The translations under genes were made by a program, and so were the position numbers. Of a stretch of DNA of 64,000 nt, positions 39,278 to 55,905 are shown piece after piece (positions within the stretch are counted from its first letter, which is position 1; each line of letters starts with the position of its first letter). Origin of the DNA: an uncultured Sphingosinicella sp. (GTDB lineage Bacteria; Pseudomonadota; Alphaproteobacteria; Sphingomonadales; Sphingomonadaceae); NCBI RefSeq assembly GCF_963974575.1, contig NZ_CAXBBQ010000009.1, forward strand, positions 36,734 through 100,733, in the 5' to 3' direction. Below the pieces are notes generated by a model. It was not told the origin of the DNA, searched no databases, and was given only the letters and a program-made list of their open reading frames with translations.

Positions 39278-40570
39278 TCAATCTTCCAGAATGCGGCTGT
39301 GCGTGCGCGTGTCGCGCATCCGGAGGTACACAATCAGCGAAAGGCCGATCATCACGGTCACGTACCAGTAGAAGCCCTGTTCCATGCCTTCCGCCTTGAA
39401 CCAGAGCGCGACATATTCGGCGGTGCCCCCGAAGATCGTGTTGGCGAGCGCGTAGGGCAAGGCGACGCCGAGCGCGCGGACGTGCGCCGGGAACAGCTCC
39501 GCCTTCACCACGGCATTGATCGAGGTGTAGCCGGTGACGATGATGAGCGCGCCGAGCACGAGCGCGAAGGCGACGAGCGGGTCGCGCGTCGTCTCCAGCG
39601 CCGAGAAGATCGGATAGGTGAAGAGCACGCCCGCGATCCCGAAGCCGACCATCAGCGGCTTGCGCCCGATCCGGTCCGACAGCGCGCCCGCGAGCGGCTG
39701 CAGCAGCATGAACACAAAGAGCGTCCCGGCGTTGATCTGCGATGCGACCTCGCGGCTGAAACCCGAGGTGTTGACCAGGAACTTCTGCATGTAGATCGAG
39801 TAGGCATAGAAAGCGAGCGTCCCCCCGGCGGTGAGCAGCATCACCACTGCCGCCTCGCGCGGATGACGCAGGAACAGCTCGCCGAGGCCGGAAACGGCGA
39901 TGCCTTCCTTTTTGGCGTTCGTGAAGCTCTCGGTCTCGGCAAGGCCGCGCCGGATGTAGAACACGACGATGGCCAGCACGCCGCCGATCGCGAAGGGGAT
40001 GCGCCAGCCCCATTCATCGAGCGCGGCTTCCGGCATCACGTTCTGAAGCACCAGAAGCACGCAGATGGCGAGGAGTTGCCCGGAAATCAGCGTCACATAC
40101 TGAAAGCTGGAGAAGAAGCCGCGGCGCTGCTTCCCCGCCATCTCGGAAAGATAGGTCGCGCTCGCGCCATATTCGCCGCCCACGGAAAGCCCCTGCAACA
40201 TGCGGGCGAGGACGAGAAGGGCGGGGGCGAACACGCCGATCGCCTCATAGTCGGGCGTCACTGCGATCAACAGCGAGCCCGCGCACATCAGCGTGACGGA
40301 GAGGGTAAGCCCCGCCTTGCGGCCGTGCCGATCGGCATAGATGCCCATGATCCACGCCCCGACCGGCCGCATCAGGAAACCGACCGCGAAAACGGCCGCG
40401 CTGTTCATCAGCTGCGCGGTGCGGTCGCCCTCGGGGAAGAAGTGCGGCGCGAAATAGAGCGCGAAGGCGGCGTAGACATACCAGTCGTACCACTCGACGA
40501 GGTTGCCTGTGGCCCCGCCGATGATGGATTTCAGGCGGTGGCGGCTGTCTGCGGCCTTCGGATCGGTCAT
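39278..40570 (-). CDS. MFS transporter, metabolite:H+ symporter (MHS; ProP/KgtP-like) family
   Basis: ATG at 40570 with a GAGGGGGAGA SD upstream. GNLVEWYDWYVYAAFALYF and DRHGRK motifs, 12 TM segments. Confidence 0.8.
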   Translation of the reverse strand: MTDPKAADSRHRLKSIIGGATGNLVEWYDWYVYAAFALYFAPHFFPEGDRTAQLMNSAAVFAVGFLMRPVGAWIMGIYADRHGRKAGLTLSVTLMCAGSLLIAVTPDYEAIGVFAPALLVLARMLQGLSVGGEYGASATYLSEMAGKQRRGFFSSFQYVTLISGQLLAICVLLVLQNVMPEAALDEWGWRIPFAIGGVLAIVVFYIRRGLAETESFTNAKKEGIAVSGLGELFLRHPREAAVVMLLTAGGTLAFYAYSIYMQKFLVNTSGFSREVASQINAGTLFVFMLLQPLAGALSDRIGRKPLMVGFGIAGVLFTYPIFSALETTRDPLVAFALVLGALIIVTGYTSINAVVKAELFPAHVRALGVALPYALANTIFGGTAEYVALWFKAEGMEQGFYWYVTVMIGLSLIVYLRMRDTRTHSRILED

Positions 40571-40652
40571 GCGGCTGTTGTCTCCCCCTCTACGATGCCG
40601 CATCTGTTAGGGGAGCGAGGCGCAGACCGAAAGGGACTCTTGCGACAGGGGT

Positions 40653-40681
40653 TTGACAGCGCCGCCTGCGGCTCCTATATC
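40653..40681 (+). promoter_or_regulatory. candidate sigma-70 promoter dedicated to rpoBC
   Basis: TTGACA-N17-TATATC (40653-40658 and 40676-40681), about 175 nt upstream of the rpoB ATG. Confidence 0.55.
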
Positions 40682-40767
40682 CCGCTTCCTTCCACAGCCG
40701 TTCGGGAAATGATGTGCCTTCGCGCAGCGCATCGCAAGAATGGATCGGCTGCGGTTTGATGCGGAAA

Positions 40768-40808
40768 GCTGCGGTTCTCCCGGATGCGGGGGAGCCTGCG
40801 GCTTTTTT
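40768..40808 (+). terminator. intrinsic terminator/attenuator inside the rpoB leader
   Basis: GCTGCGGTTCTCCC-GGATGC-GGGGGAGCCTGCGGC (G-U wobbles allowed) followed by TTTTTT. It lies 47 nt upstream of the rpoB ATG and downstream of the candidate promoter. Confidence 0.5.
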
Positions 40809-40854
40809 CGCGTCAGCGCCTGACGAATTTTGAAGAGCAAGGGCGACAAACAGC

Positions 40855-45000
<4,146 letters not shown>

Positions 45001-45004
45001 ATGA

Positions 45005-49264
<4,260 letters not shown>

Positions 49265-49284
49265 CGCGTCTTTTGATGATGAAA

Positions 49285-49325
49285 GGGGGCCTCGCCGGGA
49301 AACCGGCGGGGCCTCTTTCGTTTTC
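49285..49325 (+). terminator. intrinsic terminator after rpoC
   Basis: GGGGGCCTCGCCGG-GAAA-CCGGCGGGGCCTC followed by TTTCGTTTTC. Confidence 0.75.
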
Positions 49326-49458
49326 GGCGTCGGCGCTCTTTACACCGGTGTCAGGAGTCGCTCTGCCCTGCGAACCGGAAAGACCGGATTTCCGCCCTCC
49401 CGCCAGGATGGCACGATCCGTGCTTGTCCCATCGCGGGACAGTGAGGGAGATGGGCCG

Positions 49459-49602
49459 ATGCTCTGGTGGGTCGCGGGCGTAGTTGGTGCGTTGCTCCTT
49501 GCTGCGCTGTTGGCGCCGCCGGCGCCGGGCCGCCGATCACTCGGCCGGATAGATTTCGGCGACGAGCCCACCGACACCGACGAGAACCAGCGGCAGGGCT
49601 GA
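49459..49602 (+). CDS. possible 47-aa single-TM peptide with acidic tail
   Basis: The ATG at 49459 is 8 nt after GAGGGAG. MLWWVAGVVGALLLAALLAPP then ...DFGDEPTDTDENQRQG. There is no homology evidence. Confidence 0.2.
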   Translation: MLWWVAGVVGALLLAALLAPPAPGRRSLGRIDFGDEPTDTDENQRQG

Positions 49603-49793
49603 ACGCCGCGCTGTTGCGCGCATCCCTCACCGGTAGGGGTTCCGGCATTGGCGGGATATCGATGTGACTTTCGGGGTTGCATCGGAGGCGGCGAGGCCCG
49701 AAAGGCGGGGCCAATGCTGCCGGAGCCTGTTGAAGTCCATGGACGCCTGTTGGAATTTGCTCCGCGGATCGACTAACGTCCGGCGCTTTCACA

Positions 49794-50966
49794 ATGCGGA
49801 GCGTCATATTGCCTAACAGCGATCTCAGGGTCGCCCTGTTCTCGGGCAACTATAATTATGTGAAGGACGGCGCCAATCAGGCGCTGAACCGGCTCGTCGG
49901 CTACCTGCTGCGGCAGGGCGTCGCGGTTCGCGTTTACTCGCCGACCATCGAAAACCCGGCATTCGCGCCGACGGGTGACCTTGTTTCGATTCCGTCCGTA
50001 CCGATCCCCGGACGCGGCGAGTATCGGCTCGGGCTCGGCATCGGCGGCGTAAAGGCGGACCTCAAGGCCTTCGACCCGCACATCGTTCACATCGCTTCAC
50101 CCGACATCATCGGCCACCGCGCCGTCGGGTGGGCGCGGGCGCGAGGCAAGCCGGCGGTGGCGTCCGTCCATACGCGCTTCGAAACCTATTTCCGCTATTA
50201 CCGGATGCACTGGATGCAGACCGTGATCGAGGCGGTTCTGCGCCGTCTCTACAAGCGCTGTGTGGAAATCTACGCGCCTTCCGAAAGCATGGCGGCGGTG
50301 CTCACCGACCAGCGCATGAGCCGCAACGTCCATATCTGGAGCCGCGGTATCGACGGCGACCTCTACCGCCCCGATCGGCGCGACATGGAATGGCGGCGGA
50401 GCCTCGGCATCGCGGACGAGGACGTGGTGATCCTGTTCGTGGGACGCCTCGTGCTCGAGAAAGGCCTCGACACCTTCGCGGCGACGCTCTCGGAGCTGGA
50501 TGCGCGCGGTGTGCCCTACAAGGCGCTGTTTGTCGGAGACGGCCCGGCACGGCCGTGGATCGAGGCGCAGGCGCCGCAGGGCATCTTCCTCGGCTTCCAG
50601 TCGGGCGATGCGCTGGCGCGTGCCTATGCGTCGGCTGATGTGATGTTCAATCCCTCGTCGACCGAGACGTTCGGCAACGTGACGCTGGAAGCGATGGCGA
50701 GCGGCCTTCCCGTGGTGGCGGCGCGCGCGACCGGCAGCCTCAGCCTCGTCACGCCCGGCCTCAACGGGCAGCTGACGACGCCCGACGACATCCAGGAATC
50801 GGCGGATGCGCTCGCAGCCTATATCGCCGATTCGGAAAGCCGCACGGCGGCTGGAAAAGCGGGCCGCGAGATCAGCAAGCGCTTCGACTGGGACACGATC
50901 AACGGCGCGCTGTTGCAGCGCTATCGCACCGTTGTTGCACGCAGCTCTTCAAAAGCCCGACGTTAG
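49794..50966 (+). CDS. GT4-family glycosyltransferase (SqdX/Agt-like glycolipid glycosyltransferase type)
   Basis: 390 aa with a GT-B fold and the E-x7-E motif (ETFGNVTLEAMASGLPVV). The N-terminal RVALFSGNYNYVKDGAN resembles SqdX-like enzymes (recall only). Confidence 0.75.
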   Translation: MRSVILPNSDLRVALFSGNYNYVKDGANQALNRLVGYLLRQGVAVRVYSPTIENPAFAPTGDLVSIPSVPIPGRGEYRLGLGIGGVKADLKAFDPHIVHIASPDIIGHRAVGWARARGKPAVASVHTRFETYFRYYRMHWMQTVIEAVLRRLYKRCVEIYAPSESMAAVLTDQRMSRNVHIWSRGIDGDLYRPDRRDMEWRRSLGIADEDVVILFVGRLVLEKGLDTFAATLSELDARGVPYKALFVGDGPARPWIEAQAPQGIFLGFQSGDALARAYASADVMFNPSSTETFGNVTLEAMASGLPVVAARATGSLSLVTPGLNGQLTTPDDIQESADALAAYIADSESRTAAGKAGREISKRFDWDTINGALLQRYRTVVARSSSKARR

Positions 50967-51004
50967 CCCTTATATGGGTGTTGCCGTCTTCGGGCGGCTA
51001 TGGC

Positions 51005-51355
51005 GATAAATGATGCCGTGAAATAGGTACAGCGGACCCGGGGGCGGTACCCGGCGGCTCCACCAGTTTCGCCGGACGGGCTATAACGGCCTGTCCGGAC
51101 ATGGGGCCGAACTAGGATCGACGTGTGCTGAAAGACGGTTTTCTTTGCCCGGCCTGAATGCGCCGTAAAACCGTTCAAAACCTACAAATGCCAACGATAA
51201 CGAGGCATTCGCGATCGCCGCGTAACTAAAGCCCTTCGGGGAATAGGTTACAAAGCTTAGCGCGGTTCGGGCCGCACCGGGCAACAGAAGCGGACACCAG
51301 CGGCACGGGGAGCGCCGGGCAACAGAAGCTCCCCACTTTCACCGTTCATCCAGAG
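51005..51355 (+). ncRNA. ssrA: permuted two-piece tmRNA gene (acceptor piece, spacer, coding piece)
   Basis: The acceptor piece ends ...CCGGG-GGCGGTA-CCCGG-CGGCTCC-A-CCA at 51065. A 37-nt spacer (51066-51102) contains the CCGGAC/GTCCGG hairpin. The coding piece starts GGGGCCGAACTAGGATCGACG at 51103. GGGGCCG pairs with CGGCTCC, giving the G3:U alanine identity pair. The tag ORF GCC AAC GAT AAC GAG GCA TTC GCG ATC GCC GCG TAA (51190-51225) encodes ANDNEAFAIAA. The coding-piece 3' end (51337-51350) can pair with the acceptor-piece 5' end (51012-51023). Outer boundaries are good to about 10 nt. Confidence 0.85.
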
Positions 51356-51415
51356 TCGGACTTGACCGCGCGGCGGCGCCGCGCCACCAAGTGCCCTTGT
51401 GATAAAGAGGGCCGC

Positions 51416-51889
51416 ATGAACGCCGAAACACCGGAAAGCCTGATCCCGTATGACGAGATCGTGCAGGATGCGCTGCGCGGCGTCGTGTTCGGCGTTCTGA
51501 AGCGGGTGGAGAGCGATGGGGGCCTGCCCGGCAACCACCATTTCTACATCGCCTTCAAGACCGGCGCCCCCGGCGTCGAGATGCCGGCGCACCTGCGCCA
51601 GCGCTATCCCGATGAGATGACGATCGTCATCCAGCACCGCTACTGGGAGCTGAAAGTCGATCGCGAGCACTTCGAGATCGGCCTTTCGTTCAACCAGGTG
51701 CCGACCAAGCTTTCGATTCCCTATACGGCGATCACGGGCTTTCACGACCCCTCGGTGGAGTTCGCGCTGCAGTTTCCGACACCCGAGGGCGTCGCGCCCT
51801 CCACACCGGAGCCAGAACCCGAGCCTACGCCACCCGAAAGCGGTGACGGGTCGAACGTGGTGACGCTCGACGCCTTCCGGAAAAAATGA
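51416..51889 (+). CDS. sspB: SspB-like ClpXP adaptor (alphaproteobacterial type)
   Basis: ATG at 51416 after AGAGGG. An SspB-fold-like core (HHFYIAFKT...[14 protein letters not shown]...[15 protein letters not shown]), a Pro/Glu linker and a C-terminal LDAFRKK tail (ClpX-binding type). Confidence 0.75.
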   Translation: MNAETPESLIPYDEIVQDALRGVVFGVLKRVESDGGLPGNHHFYIAFKTGAPGVEMPAHLRQRYPDEMTIVIQHRYWELKVDREHFEIGLSFNQVPTKLSIPYTAITGFHDPSVEFALQFPTPEGVAPSTPEPEPEPTPPESGDGSNVVTLDAFRKK

Positions 51890-53280
51890 GCGCTACGCGC
51901 ATCGAAACGGATAGCTTCGGGCCGATCGATGTGTCGGCCGCAGCTTACTGGGGTGCGCAGACCCAGCGTTCCATCGGCAATTTCCCCATCGGCGGCGAGC
52001 GTATGCCCGTGCCGCTGGTGCGAGCACTCGGCCTCATCAAGCAGTCGGCCGCCTATGTGAACGCCGAGCTTGGCGTGCTCGACAACAATCTCGCACCCGC
52101 GATCATCGAGGCTGCGGCCGAGGTGGCGGGCGGCAAGCGTGACGACCAGTTCCCGCTCGTTGTCTGGCAGACCGGTTCGGGCACGCAGAGCAACATGAAC
52201 GCCAACGAGGTGATCGCGGGCCGTGCCAACGAAATCCTGACCGGCACGCGCGGCGGCAAGGTGCCGGTGCATCCGAACGATCACGTCAATGCGTCGCAAA
52301 GCTCCAACGACACGTTCCCGACCGCGATGCACGTCGCGGCGGCGCGCGAGGTGAACGAACGACTGATTCCGGCGCTCCGGCACCTGCACGCCGCGCTCGC
52401 CGCGAAAGCGGAAGCCTTTGCCGATATCGTGAAGATCGGCCGCACGCACCTTCAGGACGCGACGCCGGTGACGCTGGGGCAGGAGTTTTCCGGTTACGCG
52501 CAGCAACTCACGGATGGCATCGCGCGCGCCGAGGCGGTGCTGCCGCGGCTCTACCGGCTGGCGCAGGGCGGCACGGCAGTCGGCACCGGGCTCAACGCGC
52601 CCGAAGGCTTCGCCGAGGGCATCGCGAAGGAACTCGCGCGGCTTTCCGGTCTGCCGTTCGAAACCGCGCCCAACAAGTTCGAGGCGCTCGCCACGCACGA
52701 CACGATGGTCGAGCTGTCGGGCGCGCTCAATGTGCTTGCGGTCAGTCTCAACAAGATCGCGAACGACATCCGCCTGCTCGGCTCGGGGCCGCGCTCCGGG
52801 CTCGGCGAGCTTTCGCTCCCGGAAAACGAGCCGGGCAGTTCGATCATGCCGGGTAAGGTGAACCCCACGCAGGCCGAGGCGCTGACGATGGTGGCCGCGC
52901 AGGTGATGGGGAATCACGTCACCGTCACCGTGGGCGGCGCGCAGGGGCACATGGAGCTCAACGTCTTCAAGCCCGTGATCGCCTATAATGTGCTCCAGTC
53001 GATCTGCCTGATTGCCGACGCATCCGTGAGTTTCGCGGATCGCTGCGTTGTAGGGATCGAGCCTAACCGCGAGCGCATCGCCGATCTCGTCGAGCGCTCT
53101 CTGATGCTGGTGACGGCGCTCGCGCCCGAGATCGGCTACGACAATGCCGCGGCCATAGCCAAGCACGCGCACACGCACGGGCTGACGCTGCTCGAAGCAG
53201 CAAAAGCGCTCGATCTGATCGATGAGACGCGGTTTCGCGCGCTCGTCCGTCCGGAGACGATGCTGGCGCCGGGGCGTTAG
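51886..53280 (+). CDS. fumC: class II fumarate hydratase
   Basis: 464 aa with the [11 protein letters not shown] signature. The ATG overlaps the sspB stop (ATGA at 51886-51889). Confidence 0.9.
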   Translation: MSATRIETDSFGPIDVSAAAYWGAQTQRSIGNFPIGGERMPVPLVRALGLIKQSAAYVNAELGVLDNNLAPAIIEAAAEVAGGKRDDQFPLVVWQTGSGTQSNMNANEVIAGRANEILTGTRGGKVPVHPNDHVNASQSSNDTFPTAMHVAAAREVNERLIPALRHLHAALAAKAEAFADIVKIGRTHLQDATPVTLGQEFSGYAQQLTDGIARAEAVLPRLYRLAQGGTAVGTGLNAPEGFAEGIAKELARLSGLPFETAPNKFEALATHDTMVELSGALNVLAVSLNKIANDIRLLGSGPRSGLGELSLPENEPGSSIMPGKVNPTQAEALTMVAAQVMGNHVTVTVGGAQGHMELNVFKPVIAYNVLQSICLIADASVSFADRCVVGIEPNRERIADLVERSLMLVTALAPEIGYDNAAAIAKHAHTHGLTLLEAAKALDLIDETRFRALVRPETMLAPGR

Positions 53281-55904
53281 GCGGCGCGCTCTTCGGCCTC
53301 GGCGGCGCCTGACGTATACGCCTCGTCGTAGTGGATGCCGAAGCGGTCTTCCTCCACCCACCGCACGATGCCGGAGCGGGGCTGTTGGCCTTCCACGAAG
53401 GTCGTGACCCGGTCGTCGGGCTTCGGCAGCCAGCGCGCTTCGAACATCGCACCCGTATCGGAGGTATTGCGCAGCCGGGCGTTGCGCTTGCGGCCGTTGT
53501 GCAGGATCGTCGCGCGTCGCAGCATGGCGATACGGCGGGGCCGGTTTGACTTCACGCCGTTCGGTGCGATCGGCGCTTCGGAGCGCGCAAGAATGCCTGC
53601 CTCGGCCCAAGGTACGGCCTTGCCGAAGATGAAGCCCTGCACCTGCGTACAGCCGATGCGGCGGATGATATCGAGATCGTCGTGCGTCTCGACGCCTTCG
53701 GCCGTGGTGATCATGCCGAGACTGTCGGCGAGCGCGACGATCGCCTTCACGATCGCGGCCTTCTGCCCGCCCCGCTCGGCCGCGCCGGAGACGAACGAGC
53801 GGTCGATCTTGATCTTCTTGAAGGGCGCCTTGGTGAGATAGGAGAAGCCCGAATAGCCGGTGCCGAAATCATCGAGCGTCAGCCGCACGCCGATCGCGCC
53901 GAGGCGCTGCAGCGTGGCGCGTGTCGCGGGGTTTTCCTCGAGGAAGACGCTTTCGGTGATCTCAAGCTCCAGCCGCTCGGGCGCAAGACCGGCCTGCGCG
54001 AGCGCGTTGATCACCAGCGTCGGCAATTCCGGGTTCGTCACCTGGATCGGCGAGAGGTTGACGGCGATGCCGATGTGCTCGGGCCACTTCGCCGCGACCA
54101 TGCAGGCGTTCCGCAGCACCCATTCACCGATGCCGTCGATAAGGCCGGTTTCCTCGGCGATCGGAATGAAGGTCGCCGGCGAGATTTCGCCGTGGCGCGG
54201 ATGGTGCCAGCGCACCAGCGCTTCGAAGCCGACGAGCTTTTCGCTGGCCGTTTCGACGAGCGGCTGGAAATTGAGCGACAGCCCGTTGCCGACGAGCGCG
54301 CCGCGCAGGTCGTTTTCGATCTGCCGGCGCGTCTCGGCATTGCGGTGCATCCCGCCTTCGTAGAAACGATGCTTGCCGCGCCCGTCCGATTTCGCGGCGT
54401 AAAGCGCGAGGTCGGCGTTCCGCATCAGCGCGTCGATGCTGTGGCCGTTGTCGGGACCGATGGCGATGCCGACGCTCGCGCCGATGGTGATTCGGTGGCC
54501 TTCCACGGTGTAGGCCGCCGAAAGATAGTCGATGATGCGCTGCGCAAAGGCGGAAAGTTCGCCCAGCGTTTCGGCATCGCGCACGACGATCGCGAACTCG
54601 TCGCCGCCGAGCCGCCCGACACGGCCGTCCGCCCCGACCAGCGTGCCGAGCCTGTCGGCGACCTGTTCGAGCAGCTTGTCGCCCACCGGATGGCCGAGCG
54701 TGTCGTTCACCGATTTGAAGCGGTCGAGATCGAGCAGCAGCAGCGCGCAGCGCTGCGGCACGCCGCCGCCGTGGCTGAGAAGCGCGGTTTCCAGCGTCTC
54801 GCGGATGGTGATGCGGTTCGCAAGGCCGGTGAGCGGATCGAAGCGCGCAAGGCGCATGGCGCGGTCTTCGGATCGACGCACATCGGTAAGATCGCCGCCG
54901 ATCCCCGTGAAGCCCTCGAAATGGCCATGCTGGCTGTAGATCGGCGTGCCCGCGATCGACCACCACTGGATGCCGAGCGGGAACAGCACGGGGATGACCA
55001 CGTCGTGAAACGGCAGCTTGCCTTGCAGGTGAAATTCCAGCGTTCGAAGCGAAGTTGCCGCCTCGTCCTGGTCTTCCACCTCAAGCGAGATGATGTCTCC
55101 AAGCGGGCGCCCGATCAGCCGGTCGTTCGTGGTGCCGTGCGCCGCGCCGAACGAGGGCGAGATATAGGTGATCCGTCCGTCGGCATCGGTTTCCCAGAAC
55201 CAGCCGTTGCCGCAGGTCTCGAATGTCGCGCAGAGCCTGCGCACGCGCTGATCGCCGATATCGCGCATCGATCCCTCGACGCGTTCGATGAGCGTGCGCC
55301 GCCCGGCTAGGTAGAGCGTCAGCGCGCCCGACAGCACCACGACCGCCGCGGCGGACGAGGCGAAGCCATCGAGCCGGGTGACAAGCGTGACCGCGAACGC
55401 GACCATATAGGCCATCGCCGCGAGCGGCATCGGCGACAGGGCGACAATGCCGAGCACAAGCATCGAAATGGACAGAACGAGCGCGAACGGTATGTCGCTG
55501 ATGACCGGAAGCGTGCTCCAGAGAAGCCCCGCCGCGGCGCTCAGCGTCACGAGGCCGCGCGCCGTATCGGCGACCTCCCCCGCCTTCGGCTGGGCTTCAC
55601 GCAGCCCGAACACCGCGAACAACGTCGTCAACACGCCGCCCGCCGCAAGCCATGCGCCCTGGATCGAGGCGGTGAGCGGCACGTGCCAAAGCGTAACGCC
55701 GGCCCAGATCAGCGCGCCGACGATCGCGAACAGCGGTATCGTGGGGCGGAGATCGAGCAGCTGCCGGTGTGTGTTGGCAATCTCGCTGCGCGAGCCGAGG
55801 CGGGGCAGCGCGACACCGGCCAGCCAGTTCCGCGGCTCGCGAAGATTGGCGGCAGGATCGGCGCCTACAGCATCGCGAATCGGTTTGGCGGGACGGCTGG
55901 GCAT
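53277..55904 (-). CDS. membrane-bound PAS-GGDEF-EAL protein with C-terminal PilZ domain
   Basis: 875 aa. About 5-6 N-terminal TM segments, a PAS-like region ([16 protein letters not shown]), GGDEF ([10 protein letters not shown]), EAL ([29 protein letters not shown]) and a C-terminal roughly 100 aa with NTSDTG (D/NxSxxG) after an RRIAMLRR segment. Confidence 0.85.
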   Translation of the reverse strand: MPSRPAKPIRDAVGADPAANLREPRNWLAGVALPRLGSRSEIANTHRQLLDLRPTIPLFAIVGALIWAGVTLWHVPLTASIQGAWLAAGGVLTTLFAVFGLREAQPKAGEVADTARGLVTLSAAAGLLWSTLPVISDIPFALVLSISMLVLGIVALSPMPLAAMAYMVAFAVTLVTRLDGFASSAAAVVVLSGALTLYLAGRRTLIERVEGSMRDIGDQRVRRLCATFETCGNGWFWETDADGRITYISPSFGAAHGTTNDRLIGRPLGDIISLEVEDQDEAATSLRTLEFHLQGKLPFHDVVIPVLFPLGIQWWSIAGTPIYSQHGHFEGFTGIGGDLTDVRRSEDRAMRLARFDPLTGLANRITIRETLETALLSHGGGVPQRCALLLLDLDRFKSVNDTLGHPVGDKLLEQVADRLGTLVGADGRVGRLGGDEFAIVVRDAETLGELSAFAQRIIDYLSAAYTVEGHRITIGASVGIAIGPDNGHSIDALMRNADLALYAAKSDGRGKHRFYEGGMHRNAETRRQIENDLRGALVGNGLSLNFQPLVETASEKLVGFEALVRWHHPRHGEISPATFIPIAEETGLIDGIGEWVLRNACMVAAKWPEHIGIAVNLSPIQVTNPELPTLVINALAQAGLAPERLELEITESVFLEENPATRATLQRLGAIGVRLTLDDFGTGYSGFSYLTKAPFKKIKIDRSFVSGAAERGGQKAAIVKAIVALADSLGMITTAEGVETHDDLDIIRRIGCTQVQGFIFGKAVPWAEAGILARSEAPIAPNGVKSNRPRRIAMLRRATILHNGRKRNARLRNTSDTGAMFEARWLPKPDDRVTTFVEGQQPRSGIVRWVEEDRFGIHYDEAYTSGAAEAEERAA

Positions 55905-55905
55905 A

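Noticed and set aside
49273-49602. 109-aa ORF directly after rpoC.
   Set aside because: Its first 60 codons run through the rpoC terminator hairpin and have no start context. Only the distal 47 codons, which have an SD, are kept as a low-confidence candidate.
51277-51329. Two copies of CCGGGCAACAGAAGC 38 bp apart, which looked like a short tandem or CRISPR-like repeat.
   Set aside because: They lie inside the tmRNA coding piece and are explained as similar strands of consecutive pseudoknots. There are only two copies and no spacer-array organisation.
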